This document shows positions 1-9,917 of a stretch of DNA of 64,000 bases, piece after piece. The notes beneath the pieces were generated by a model. That model worked only from the letters and a program-made list of their open reading frames with translations, was not told the origin of the DNA and did not search any database. The position numbers and the translations under genes are program-made. Origin of the DNA: an uncultured delta proteobacterium (GTDB lineage: Bacteria > Myxococcota_A > Polyangia > Polyangiales > JAFGIB01). Position 1 is the first letter of the stretch; each line of letters starts with the position of its first letter. Where the stretch lies: NCBI GenBank assembly GCA_963778655.1, contig CAVZVA010000003.1, positions 512,001 to 576,000 on the forward strand. The letters run 5' to 3'.

Positions 1-113
1 GCGAGACCGGCACCGCGTTCTTGATCGTCACCCACGACCCGCGCATCGCAGAGCGCTGCGATCGTCGCATCGAGATCATCGACGGCCGCATCGCGAGCGA
101 CCTGCGCGTCTGA
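1..113 (+). CDS. ABC transporter ATP-binding protein (LolD/MacB-like), 3' end only
   Basis: Manual translation gives [30 protein letters not shown], containing the H-loop VTHD; TGA at 111-113. Confidence 0.8.
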   Translation, partial: ETGTAFLIVTHDPRIAERCDRRIEIIDGRIASDLRV

Positions 114-213
114 GCGCGCGGCGCCTCCCGTGCACGCGTCGGCTCCGGGATGCGACGCCGAGCTTGCATCGGGCGCGCGCTGAGGGTGACGGCGCCGAGC
201 TCGAGCCTTCGGC

Positions 214-360
214 ATGCCGTGGTGGCGATCAACCAGTCCACCTGGAACGCGGACGACGTCACCGACCAGTTCTGGGGCGCGATGGCGTCCGCCGGCGTTG
301 CCTATGACATGTGTGGACCACGGGCGTCGCCAACAACAACGGCTTCTTCGAGGCGTCGGC
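214..360 (+). pseudogene. Protein-like fragment of an unidentified gene
   Basis: [32 protein letters not shown], then after a frameshift WTTGVANNNGFFE. Coding-like codon use, but no start or stop context. Confidence 0.3.
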
Positions 361-379
361 CAACTGTCGCCCATGGCCG

Positions 380-866
380 AGAGGCCGAAGCTGGTCACGA
401 TGATGAGCGAGCTCCGACACGGTCGCATCGGTGGCGCGCTCGGTGGCTTCGATGACTGCGCCGGCCCTGCCGTGAAGCGCGGCGCGTTCGGCCACTGGTA
501 GATCTCGGTATAGCGCGTCGCGGATCAATAAATGAGTGAAGCGATAGGTCTGAATGGCACGCGGGACCTCGCGCAGGATCCCTGTCACCACTACGGCGCT
601 GAGCCGGCCTCGCACGTGCGAATGCTGGTTTGCGCTTCGCCGTCATCCCCGAGCGCAATTCGCGCGCCATAGATAGCGCGCTTGACCGAAGCGGGAGTGA
701 CGTGCACGTCCGGCCAAAGTGCCTGAAGCAGTTCCTCGGTAGAAACCGGACGGTCACGATTTTCGATCAAATGCAAGAATAGCTGCGCGACCTTCGGCTG
801 AAGACGGACGCGTTCGGCCCCCTTGCGGAGTTCCTGCTGCGCCGCATCCAGGACCAGGCCTCCCAT
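380..866 (-). pseudogene. Degraded winged-helix (CadC/OmpR-type) regulator fused to a remnant of a STAND/AAA regulator
   Basis: 591..866 encodes LQPKVAQLFLHLIENRDRPVSTEELLQALWPDVHV...ALGDD..IRT. A frameshift near 616 continues VRGR directly into YRFTHLLIRDALY...LHGRAG...ELAHH, which normally follows an ATPase domain. Confidence 0.65.
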
Positions 867-899
867 GCGAAACGCGCGTCCTGTCGGAGCGAGCTCGAC

Positions 900-1010
900 C
901 GCGCCCGCATCGCGGTTTGGGCGTGGATGTTGACGCCGCGCACCTCCGCCACGAGCTCGGCACTGCGCTTTGCGGTGCGCTCTTCAGCCGCACCCACGAG
1001 CCGCAGCGTC
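900..1010 (-). mobile_element. Possible relic of an IS91/ISCR-like transposase
   Basis: Minus-strand translation TLRLVGAA...VAEVRGVNIHAQTA resembles the 'GF(S/N)LHA' segment of IS91-family transposases. Very short, recalled similarity only. Confidence 0.3.
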
Positions 1011-1051
1011 GGCCGGCCCGCGCGCGCGCCGATCAGCCCGTGGCCTTGCGC

Positions 1052-4000
1052 TCAGCCGTAGCCGCCGCCCGAAGGCGTGGAGATCACGAACACGTCGCCC
1101 GCCCGCATCTGAGTCTGGTCGGACGAGGCGAGCGTCTCGCGCGCGCCGTCCGCCCGCTCGACCCAGGTGCGGCCGACCTCGCCGGGCCCGCCGCCGGCCA
1201 TGCCGTACGGCGGCACCACCCGATGGCCGGCGACGATCGCGGCGGTCATCGGCGCCAAGAAGCGGATGCGCCGCAGCGCGCCGTCTCCGCCGCGAAAACG
1301 CCCGCGCCCGCCCGAGCCGGCGCGGATCGAGTGTTCCTCGATCAGCACCGGAAAGCGCAGCTCGATCACCTCTGGATCGGTCAGCCGCGAGTTGGTCATG
1401 TGCGTTTGCACGGCGGCAGTGCCGTCGAAATCCTCGCCCGCGCCCGATCCGCCTGCGACGGTCTCGTAATACTGGTAGCGCTCGTTGCCAAAGGTGAAGT
1501 TGTTCATCGTGCCCTGCGAGGCCGCCATCACGCCGAGCGCGCCGTAGATCGCGTCGGTGACGCACTGCGAGGTCTCGACGTTGCCGGCCACGGTCGCTGC
1601 CGGCGGCCTGGGCGAGAGCATGGAGCCTTCGGGGATGACGATCGCGATCGGCTTGAGGCAGCCCGCGTTCATCGGGATCTCGTCCTGCACCAGCGTGCGA
1701 AACACGTACAGCACCGCAGCATGCACCACGGCGGGAGGCGCGTTGAAGTTGCTCTGCAGCTGCGCGCTCGTCCCGCTGAAGTCGACGGTGGCGCTGCGGG
1801 TCGCGCGGTCCACGCGCACCTCGACGCGGATCACCGCGCCGTTATCCATGACGTGCTCGAAGCGGCCGTCCTTGAGCGCGGCGATCGCCCGGCGCACGCT
1901 CTCCTCGGCGTTGTCCTGAACGTGCTGCATATAGGCGCGCACGGTGGGCAGGCCGAAGTGGCTCACCATCTTCATCAGCTCCTCGCAACCCTTCTGGCAG
2001 GCGGCGACCTGGGCGCGCAGATCGGCCACGTTCTGGTCGGGATTGCGCGCGGGGTAGCGCGCCCCGGCGAGCAGCGCGCGCAGCTCCGCTTCGCGCATGC
2101 GCCCGGTCTGGACCAGCTTGAAGTTGTCGATCAGCACGCCCTCTTCTTCGGCGCTGTGCGAGCCCGGCGGCATCGACCCCGGTGTGATGCCGCCGATGTC
2201 GGCATGGTGTCCGCGAGCGGCCACGTAGAACAGGATCTCGCGCGCGTCCTGCGCGAATACCGGCAAGACCACGGTCACGTCCGGCAAGTGCGTGCCACCG
2301 TGATAGGGATCGTTGAGCGCATACACGTCGCCCGGGCGCATGCGGCCCGCGTTCCTCGCGATCACGGTCTTGATCGATTCGCCCATGCTGCCGAGGTGCA
2401 CCGGCATGTGCGGCGCATTGGCGACAAGGTTGCCGCGCGCGTCGAACAAGGCGCACGAGAAGTCGAGGCGCTCCTTGATGTTGACCGAGTGCGCGGTGTT
2501 CGCGAGCCGAACGCCCATCTGCTCGGCGACCGACATGAACAGATTGTTGAACACCTCGAGCAGCACCGGATCGACGCCGGTCCCCGAAGCGCGCCGGGCG
2601 GCCGGCGCGGCCGCGCGCTCGAGCACCAGGCCGTGGGCGGAGACCTGCGCGTGCCAGCCGGGCTCGACCACGGTCGTGGCGTTGTCCTCGACGATGATCG
2701 CAGGCCCCTCGATACGCTGCGCGAGCGCGAGCGCCTCGCGGCGAAACACCGGGGTGGAGCGCCAGGCGCCGCCCGCACGCATGCGTACTTGCGCCAGCGG
2801 GAGGGCCGCGGCAGCAGGCGCGCTCGCGACGGCCGATGGAATCTGCTCGCCACTCTCGCCGATAGCCTCGACCGAAAGCGCCTCGATGACGACCCCGCGC
2901 TCGGGCAGCAGGAACGAAAAGCGCGCGCGGTACGTGGCTTCGAACGCCGCACGCATCGCCGTGGCATCTGCAACCGGCACCAGCAGCGCGGTGTCGGTGC
3001 CCTCGTACTTCAGGTGCGCGCGGCGCAGCACCCGCAGGCGCTCGGGCGCGACGCCTTGCGCCAGCACCTCCTCGCGAGCAGCCTCCGCGAGCCGCTCGAG
3101 CTCGGGTCCCAGCTGCTGCAACGAGCGCGGACTGAGCGGCAGCTCGAACGCCTGCTCGCGCATCGCGGTGATGTCCGCCAGTCCCATGCCGAAGGCCGAG
3201 AGCACGCCCGCGAGCGGATGGATGAACACGCGCGACATCCCGAGCTCGTCCGCGATCAGGCACGCGTGCTGCCCGCCGGCACCGCCGAAGCACGCCAGCG
3301 TGTATCCGGTCACGTCGTAGCCGCGCTGGACCGAGACCAACTTGATCGCGTTCGCCATGTTCGCGACCGCGATGCGCAAGAAGCCCTCCGCGACCTCTTC
3401 GGGCGCGAGCGCACGCCCCGTGGCATCGCCAATCTGCCTCGCCAGCGCCTCGAAGGCTTCGACCACGGCCGCGCGGTCCAGCGGCGCGTCGGCACCGGGG
3501 CCGAACACGTGCGGAAAGAATTCGGGCTGGATCTTGCCCAGCATCACGTTGCAGTCGGTGACCGCGAGCGGACCGCCGCGTCGATAGCAGGTGGGACCGG
3601 GCTCGGCGCCGGCGGACTGCGGGCCCACCTGGTAGCGCTGCCCATCGAAGCGCAGGATCGAGCCGCCGCCGGCCGCGATGGTGTGGATCGACATCATCGG
3701 CGCGCGCATGCGCACGCCGGCCACGATCGCATCGGTCTCGCGCTCACAGTCCGCCAGGCTTTCGCCTGCGAAGTGCGACACGTCGGTGGAGGTCCCGCCC
3801 ATGTCGAAGCCGATCAGCTGCCGGAATCCCGCCGCCAGCGCGGTGCGCACCACGCCGACGATGCCCCCGGCCGGACCCGAGAGGATCGCGTCCTTGCCTT
3901 CGAAGCGGCCCGCGGCGGTCAGACCGCCGTCCGATTTCATGAAGTACAGCGGTGCCGCCTGGCCGTCGTGCTCGAGCTCGGCCGCCAGCTGGCTCACGTA

Positions 4001-4675
4001 GCGGCGCAGGACGGGCGAGAGATAGGCGTCGACCACGGTGGTGTCGCCGCGAGAGACCAGCTTCAGCAGCGGGCTCACCTGGTGCGAGGCCGACACTTGG
4101 GGGAAGCCGGCGGCGCGCGCGAGCTCGGCCACGCGCGCTTCGTGCCGCGGGTAGCGCCAGGCGTGCATGAGCACGATCGCGGCCGAGCGAAAGCCCTCGG
4201 CATAGGCCTGCGCGAGCGCGCGGGTGAGGCTCGCCTCGTCGAGCGGCAGCAGCAGCTCGCCGTGCGCGCCCATGCGCTCGTCGACCTCGATCACACTGCG
4301 ATACAGCAGCTCGGGCAGCCGGATGTTGCGCGCGAACAACTCGGGCCGGTTCTGGTAGCCGATGCGCAGCTGATCGCGGAATCCGCGCGTGATCAGCAGC
4401 ACGGTCGGCTCGCCGCGACGCTCGAGCAGGGCATTGGTCGCGACCGTGGTTCCCATCTTAACCGCGCCGATGCGCTCGACCGGAATCGGCTCGCCCGGCG
4501 CAAGGCCCATCAGACGCCGAATGCCCTCGATCGCCGCATCGCGATACTGCTCGGCGCGCTCGGAAAGCAGCTTGGTGGTGAGCAGCGCACCATCCGGCCG
4601 CCGCGCGACCACGTCGGTGAAGGTTCCACCGCGGTCGATCCACAGCTGCCAGGCAGGACCGCGGTGCGCGCTCAT
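1052..4675 (-). CDS. 5-oxoprolinase (ATP-hydrolysing), fused hydantoinase A/B type
   Basis: [49 protein letters not shown] and the C-terminal TPSGGGYG; 1207 aa. Confidence 0.95.
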   Translation of the reverse strand: MSAHRGPAWQLWIDRGGTFTDVVARRPDGALLTTKLLSERAEQYRDAAIEGIRRLMGLAPGEPIPVERIGAVKMGTTVATNALLERRGEPTVLLITRGFRDQLRIGYQNRPELFARNIRLPELLYRSVIEVDERMGAHGELLLPLDEASLTRALAQAYAEGFRSAAIVLMHAWRYPRHEARVAELARAAGFPQVSASHQVSPLLKLVSRGDTTVVDAYLSPVLRRYVSQLAAELEHDGQAAPLYFMKSDGGLTAAGRFEGKDAILSGPAGGIVGVVRTALAAGFRQLIGFDMGGTSTDVSHFAGESLADCERETDAIVAGVRMRAPMMSIHTIAAGGGSILRFDGQRYQVGPQSAGAEPGPTCYRRGGPLAVTDCNVMLGKIQPEFFPHVFGPGADAPLDRAAVVEAFEALARQIGDATGRALAPEEVAEGFLRIAVANMANAIKLVSVQRGYDVTGYTLACFGGAGGQHACLIADELGMSRVFIHPLAGVLSAFGMGLADITAMREQAFELPLSPRSLQQLGPELERLAEAAREEVLAQGVAPERLRVLRRAHLKYEGTDTALLVPVADATAMRAAFEATYRARFSFLLPERGVVIEALSVEAIGESGEQIPSAVASAPAAAALPLAQVRMRAGGAWRSTPVFRREALALAQRIEGPAIIVEDNATTVVEPGWHAQVSAHGLVLERAAAPAARRASGTGVDPVLLEVFNNLFMSVAEQMGVRLANTAHSVNIKERLDFSCALFDARGNLVANAPHMPVHLGSMGESIKTVIARNAGRMRPGDVYALNDPYHGGTHLPDVTVVLPVFAQDAREILFYVAARGHHADIGGITPGSMPPGSHSAEEEGVLIDNFKLVQTGRMREAELRALLAGARYPARNPDQNVADLRAQVAACQKGCEELMKMVSHFGLPTVRAYMQHVQDNAEESVRRAIAALKDGRFEHVMDNGAVIRVEVRVDRATRSATVDFSGTSAQLQSNFNAPPAVVHAAVLYVFRTLVQDEIPMNAGCLKPIAIVIPEGSMLSPRPPAATVAGNVETSQCVTDAIYGALGVMAASQGTMNNFTFGNERYQYYETVAGGSGAGEDFDGTAAVQTHMTNSRLTDPEVIELRFPVLIEEHSIRAGSGGRGRFRGGDGALRRIRFLAPMTAAIVAGHRVVPPYGMAGGGPGEVGRTWVERADGARETLASSDQTQMRAGDVFVISTPSGGGYG

Positions 4676-4789
4676 TCACCCGAGTCTGCGCGAGATCCCA
4701 CCGCCGGCGCCAGCGGGCCGGCCCTCAGGTGGATACGGGACTGGTGCGGCCGCGTCGCCCAACGGGCGAGCGCCGCCGCCCGCGCCGCC

Positions 4790-5416
4790 TCACTCGTGCT
4801 CGCCCTCGGCGGCCTCCGCCAGCCAGTCGGCGATCGCCTGCAAATGTCGATCGAAATCGACACGGGCCGCCTGCAGCGCCCGCGTATCACCGCCGATCGC
4901 GCGTTCCCGGGCGTCGGCGTACGCGCCCGTCAGCGACTGGGCCAGCGCCTCGTAATCCAGCAGCAGGCGCGAGTTGACGCCCCACGGATCGATCGCCTTG
5001 ACGCGCCTTCGGATCTCGGAGACCCGGCGCGGCATCCGCCTGCGGACCCTCTCGACCGCGGCCTTGCTCGAGGCGCGATCGTAGCGCGCCCGCGCCGCCC
5101 GCAGTAGCCGCACCACCGCCCGATGCGCGTCGAGTCGCTTGCGGTCGAACCCCAGCTGGCGCTCGCGCTCCTCGCGCGCCATGTGCTCGCGCCACTGCTG
5201 CTCCGAACGCTTGCCTGCGACCGGATCTTCGGGCAGGCGCGACGGATCGGGCTGCGGCACGGGCGCCGCGCGGGGCGCGAGCTGGGGCTGCGCGGCGCGC
5301 GCCGCCGGTTGCCGGCGACAGGCCGCGGGCGCGCCGAGCAGCGCGACCGCGACCGCGACGCGCCCCCATACGGGTGCGCCGGCTCGCGGCGCCGGCTCGC
5401 TGCTTGCCTGCGTCAC
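4790..5416 (-). CDS. Hypothetical exported/lipoprotein, helical
   Basis: 208-aa ORF with a hydrophobic N-terminus ending PAAC; lies between two co-oriented genes. Confidence 0.6.
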   Translation of the reverse strand: MTQASSEPAPRAGAPVWGRVAVAVALLGAPAACRRQPAARAAQPQLAPRAAPVPQPDPSRLPEDPVAGKRSEQQWREHMAREERERQLGFDRKRLDAHRAVVRLLRAARARYDRASSKAAVERVRRRMPRRVSEIRRRVKAIDPWGVNSRLLLDYEALAQSLTGAYADARERAIGGDTRALQAARVDFDRHLQAIADWLAEAAEGEHE

Positions 5417-5428
5417 GCGCCCGCTACG

Positions 5429-6931
5429 CTACGGCGGTCCTGCCGCGCCGGCCGCGCGGGCGAAGTAGATATCGCCGGAATCGTTTCGTGTGTCCTCCCA
5501 CACGACCAAGACATCCGAGCCCTGTACCACGATGCCCTTGTAGTCGCCCAGGAAGTCGGTGTTGCCGCTGCCGTGCCCGTCGGTGACCTGCACGTTGGGC
5601 TCGAAGCCCTTGCTCGGATCGGCCGAGCGCGCGTACCAGGTCTCGTTCTGCCCGCCGTCGCGGTAGTCCGTCCACGCGACGTGGACGCGGCCGTATTCGT
5701 CGACCGCCACCCACGACTCGAACTGGCGCGACGGGCTGGTGTTGTCATTGACTCGAATCGGATCGGTCCAGGTGTCGCCGCCATCCTTCGAGTAGAGCAC
5801 CCACACATCGTCGTCGCCCTCGCCGGCCGGCATCTGGCTGGCCCAGGTGATCGCCACGTACTTGCCGGTCGAATCCGACGCGGCGCCGACGATCGGGTGC
5901 TGCCTGGGATTGCAGCTGAAGCAGAACGTGCCCATGTCCGGCAGCAGGTCACGCGGCGCATCGTAGGTCGCCCCGTTGTCCTTGCTGCGCAGATAGCGCA
6001 GCTGGTTGCGATCGGAGTCCACGTTGTACGGCACGTGAACCAGACCGGTGGTCGACGTGGTGATACCCGTGCCGTGGACGATGTTGCCGAGCGATTGAAC
6101 CGGCCCCCAGGTCGTGCCGTGGTCCAACGAGCGCTTGATGCCGCCCGGATTGCCCAGCCAGGAGACGAACAGCGTGCCGTCCTCCGTGCCCCCGGTCACC
6201 CACGGCTTGTCGGGCGCGCTCTGGATCTCGCGAGGGTCCGACCAAGTCTTCCCGCGGTCGCTCGAGGTCATCATGCGTATGCTGCCCATCGAGCCGAAGC
6301 TGTTGAGGTACTGCTGGCACACCGCATACATGGTTCCACCGGCGTCGATGGCGACGGCGGGATCGCCGACGAAGCTGGCCGTGTTCGAAATCGAGACGTT
6401 CTTGCTCCAGGTGAGGCCGCCGTCGGTCGAGAACGAGAACGCGCAGACCCGCGACGCGCGCTCGTCCATCCAGCCGGCCAGCACCAGCCCGTCCGGTCCC
6501 GCGGCGAGCGCAACCTCCGTCTGGCGGGCGCTGCCGGTGTCGTCGTTGAGGCGAATGTTCTTGCTGAACAGCGCTGGCCCGAGCGGTCCGTGCGGCTGGC
6601 CTCCCGCGTCCGGCGTGCCCATCATGCCTGCGGCGCCGCTGCCTGCGCCGCCTGCGTCGATGACCCCCGGCATGCCGCCGGTACCCATCATTGCGGGGAC
6701 GCCCCCGGTACCGCTGAAGCCGGCGCCGCCGGTGCCCACGCCCGAGCCTCCCGTGGCCGTGCCCACCCCCCCGGTGCTCGCCCCGGTCGCTCCGGTGCCA
6801 AAACCCGTGACGCCCGTGCCGCCGGTCGCGCCGAATCCACCGCTCCCGAAGCCCACGTCATTCGAGCGATCCGCGCTGGAGCATCCGCAGCAGCACACCG
6901 CGAGCGCCACCATTGCCCAGCTCCGGTTCAT
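5429..6931 (-). CDS. Sialidase-family/BNR (Asp-box) repeat beta-propeller lipoprotein
   Basis: Signal peptide with Cys, a Gly/Thr-rich linker and repeated Asp-boxes (STDGGLTW, SSDRGKTW, SLDHGTTW, SKDNGATY, SKDGGDTW). AGGAGG RBS upstream. Confidence 0.85.
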   Translation of the reverse strand: MNRSWAMVALAVCCCGCSSADRSNDVGFGSGGFGATGGTGVTGFGTGATGASTGGVGTATGGSGVGTGGAGFSGTGGVPAMMGTGGMPGVIDAGGAGSGAAGMMGTPDAGGQPHGPLGPALFSKNIRLNDDTGSARQTEVALAAGPDGLVLAGWMDERASRVCAFSFSTDGGLTWSKNVSISNTASFVGDPAVAIDAGGTMYAVCQQYLNSFGSMGSIRMMTSSDRGKTWSDPREIQSAPDKPWVTGGTEDGTLFVSWLGNPGGIKRSLDHGTTWGPVQSLGNIVHGTGITTSTTGLVHVPYNVDSDRNQLRYLRSKDNGATYDAPRDLLPDMGTFCFSCNPRQHPIVGAASDSTGKYVAITWASQMPAGEGDDDVWVLYSKDGGDTWTDPIRVNDNTSPSRQFESWVAVDEYGRVHVAWTDYRDGGQNETWYARSADPSKGFEPNVQVTDGHGSGNTDFLGDYKGIVVQGSDVLVVWEDTRNDSGDIYFARAAGAAGPP

Positions 6932-7099
6932 GTCGGCCTCCTGATCTCAATGATGAGATCGCACGGCCAGGCTGCCCAGTGCAGAGGCGGGCAGCCATGC
7001 CGTTCACCCACTCGAGCCGCCTTCGAGTGGAACCCCGCGTCACGACTCGGGTCAAGGGGATCCCGCGCGAAAGGACGGGGGCGACCGTTGCCGCTGCGC

Positions 7100-7240
7100 T
7101 CAACGGTGAGCGCCGAGGTCAGCGCCGCGCGCCGCGGTCACAACACCACGCTCGGCCACCACCGCTGGCTGCTGCGCAACCAAATCGGTCCCACCGCGAT
7201 CGGTGGCACGGTCGCATGCAACGACTTCTCGGGCTTCGCG
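7100..7240 (+). pseudogene. Possible CAP/SCP-domain gene fragment
   Basis: HNTTLGHHRWLLRNQIGPTAIG resembles the 'GHRRW(I/L)L' CAP motif; no intact ORF around it. Confidence 0.3.
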
Positions 7241-7553
7241 CTGCGACGTCGGCGAGACCGCTGCGATGCTCGCTGTGCTTCGACGACACGGGGAGGGCCG
7301 AGGGCGCGTCTGGCCGACCGGTTGAGCACCTCGTCCGCCGCCGCCATGCGCCCCCGCAACATGATCCGTGATCCAGGCCACTCGACCGGATGCTCCGGCC
7401 CGCTCTGGGCCAATTTGGGATGGACGGCAACGTGGTCGGAGCCCCCACACTCGGTTTCGCGTGGACCGCGCGGCTGCCGCTCGATATGTTGGTGATTCCG
7501 AGCTCCACGGAGCGCGCGCTCCCGCTCTCCGCGGACCGCCGCAGGTCGCCGCG

Positions 7554-9113
7554 ATGCCCGCACCGGAACCCGTCGCCACCGGCAATCTCGCCAAGACACC
7601 TCTGCCCCACCTGCTGGTCTATCTGGAGCAGAAGCGGCTGTCGGGCACGCTCGCGTTGTGGCCCGATCCCGACACCCAGGAGCAGAACAAGCAGGATCGC
7701 ATTTTGCTGCTCAAGGGCTCGCCCGTCGCGGGCAAGCTGCTGGAGCCAGCGGCCACGTTGCGCGAGGGCCTGCTGCGCCTGTTCGCGCGAACGCGCGCGC
7801 CCTACGCGTTCTACGAGGCGAACCTGCTCGGCGACGACCGCCAGAGCGCGCGCGTCGACACGCTCTCGCTGATCACCGAGGCGCTGCGCCACTCGGCTCG
7901 CGACGAAGTGGTGCAGGAGGTGCTGCGGCGCTTCGGCAACGCGAAGCTGCGCATGCTGAGCGGGGTCGACCTCGGCCGCTACGAATTCACGGCCGAGGAG
8001 CGCGCGCTGGTCGAGTTGCTGCGCGCCGAGCCCGCGGACGCGGCCGCGCTGAGCGCCGGTAGCGGGCTGGGCGAGACGCGCGGGCGCCGCCTGCTGTACC
8101 TGCTCGCGATCACCAAGGCCGTGGCGCCGTACGAAGGCGGAGCACAGGCCACCACCACTCCGCGCCCGCGTGAGTCCGCGGCCAGCCCGTCGCAGCCGCC
8201 GCCCGCGCGCGACAGCACGCCGCCGCTGCTCGACGCCGACCAGCCCGCGCAAGGCTCCGGGGCACCTCTGCACTCCCGGCTCGACCGACTGCAGAGCATA
8301 CCTCCGCCACCCGATGCGCTCGCCGAGGAGCTGCGCCAGCGCTGGCTGCGGGTGGTGGCCAAGGGTCGCCTGGTCGAAAACCAGAACTACTTCGAAATGC
8401 TCGAGCTCGACAAGGAAGCCAAGTCGAACGACGCGCGCAACAAGTTTTACCAGCTGGCCAAGGAATGGCACCCGGACCGGCTGCCGCCCGAGCTGTCGTC
8501 GCTGCGGGAGTACGTGCAGATCATCTTCAGCTACATGAGCGAGGCGAGCGCGACCCTGGGCGACGAGGAGCAACGCGTCAAGTACGTGCAATCGGTGCGC
8601 GAAGGCGGCGGCACGCCCGCCACCGACAAGCTGATGCAGGCCATCCTCGACACCGCGATGGAGTACGAGCGCGTGCTGGTGATGGCGCGCAAGCACCAAT
8701 ACGACGCGGCGATCGAGCTGATGAAAAAGATCCTCTCGGTGGTCGCCGACGACGCGGAGTACCAGGCCATGTACGCCTCGCTGCTGATGCAGAAGTTTCC
8801 CGGCACGGGCCAGGACGCGCCGCTGCAAAAGATGCTCGAAGCGGTCGACAAGGCGCTCGCCCTGCACGCCCGCCACGAGAAGGCCAACCTGCTCAAGGGG
8901 CAGATCCTGCGCCGCATGGGCCGTCAGGACGAGGCACTGCGATTCTTCCGCACCGCGGCCGAGATCAACCCCCGCAACATCGAGGCGATGCGCGAGGTGC
9001 GCGTGGCGACGATGCGCTCCGACGGAGCCGCCACGACCAAAGCCAAGGGCAAGAAGCAGGAGGAGCCCTCCGGGGTCGGCGGCCTGCTCGGCAAGCTGTT
9101 CAAGAAGACCTGA
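7554..9113 (+). CDS. J-domain (DnaJ) protein with N-terminal DUF4388-like domain and C-terminal TPR repeats
   Basis: N-terminal GNLAKTPLPHLLVYL...LSGTL; QNYFEMLEL...LAKEWHPDRL (HPD motif); TPR-like helices at the C-terminus. Confidence 0.85.
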   Translation: MPAPEPVATGNLAKTPLPHLLVYLEQKRLSGTLALWPDPDTQEQNKQDRILLLKGSPVAGKLLEPAATLREGLLRLFARTRAPYAFYEANLLGDDRQSARVDTLSLITEALRHSARDEVVQEVLRRFGNAKLRMLSGVDLGRYEFTAEERALVELLRAEPADAAALSAGSGLGETRGRRLLYLLAITKAVAPYEGGAQATTTPRPRESAASPSQPPPARDSTPPLLDADQPAQGSGAPLHSRLDRLQSIPPPPDALAEELRQRWLRVVAKGRLVENQNYFEMLELDKEAKSNDARNKFYQLAKEWHPDRLPPELSSLREYVQIIFSYMSEASATLGDEEQRVKYVQSVREGGGTPATDKLMQAILDTAMEYERVLVMARKHQYDAAIELMKKILSVVADDAEYQAMYASLLMQKFPGTGQDAPLQKMLEAVDKALALHARHEKANLLKGQILRRMGRQDEALRFFRTAAEINPRNIEAMREVRVATMRSDGAATTKAKGKKQEEPSGVGGLLGKLFKKT

Positions 9114-9206
9114 GCGGCCTCGGGCTGCGCTGTGGGTGGCGCGGCGGGCCTCCCGCGCGCCGGAGAAAAGTTGCGTGATCCCGCGGCGCGGTGCGACGCA
9201 GGGTCC

Positions 9207-9734
9207 ATGCGCAGCCCCCTCGCCGCCGCCGCCTTGCTCGCGTGCGCATTGCTCGGCGCGTGGCTGGCGCTGGCGCTGCGCCGCCTGCGCGAGACGGCGG
9301 GCGCGCGGGCGCGCCAGCGTCAGGGAGCACGCGGCGAGCGCGCCGCCGAGCGCATGTTGGAGGCCGCGGGCTACCGAATCCACGCGCGCCAGCACAGGAC
9401 CTCGTATCGCATCGAGGTCGACCGCCAAGCGCAGGAAGTCGAGCTGGTGCTGGACTTCGTGGTCGAGCGCGACGGCGAGCATCTGGTCGCCGAGGTCAAG
9501 ACCGGACGCCGCGCGCCGCGCCTCGAGCGCGCGGAGACCCGGCGCCAGCTGCTCGAGTACCAGCTCGCGACCGGCTGCCGCCGCGTGCTGCTGGTGGACG
9601 CCGACGCCGGGGCCATCACTGAGGTGGCGTTCCCGTTGCCTGCTCAGGCCGCGCGATCGGGCACGCGCTGGCGCGCGCTACTCGCGGTCGCGCTGCTCGC
9701 CGCGGCCCTGGCCTGGTGGCGCGCGGCGCGCTGA
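9207..9734 (+). CDS. Membrane-anchored PD-(D/E)XK nuclease-fold protein (YraN/Mrr-like)
   Basis: GERAAERMLEAAGYRI, LDFVVERDG..LVAEVKTG, RRQLLEY; hydrophobic segments at both termini. Confidence 0.65.
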   Translation: MRSPLAAAALLACALLGAWLALALRRLRETAGARARQRQGARGERAAERMLEAAGYRIHARQHRTSYRIEVDRQAQEVELVLDFVVERDGEHLVAEVKTGRRAPRLERAETRRQLLEYQLATGCRRVLLVDADAGAITEVAFPLPAQAARSGTRWRALLAVALLAAALAWWRAAR

Positions 9735-9884
9735 GGACCCGAGCAGAAATGACCTGCTCAGTTGCGGCTCCCGGGCAGGCGCGTTCGCGGCTTTGTCCTC
9801 TGCGGGCGGGCGCGGGCGCGGGCGCGCGCGCGATCGCACTCCGCCGACAAGCCGGCCGTGATCAGGTTATTTCTGCTCGGGTCC
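9735..9884. mobile_element. MITE-like non-autonomous element, 150 bp
   Basis: 26-bp terminal inverted repeats (9735-9760 and 9859-9884, 24/26 identical) flanked on both sides by TGA. Confidence 0.8.
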
Positions 9885-9917
9885 TGAGGGTGCGGGCGAG
9901 CCGCGCGCCCGCGGGCC

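Noticed and set aside
917..5107. 1396-aa plus-strand ORF and many similar long antisense ORFs (5123, 7119, 35129, 50837, 52408)
   Set aside because: Shadow ORFs opposite well-supported genes; expected with high-GC codon bias, and they show no motifs.
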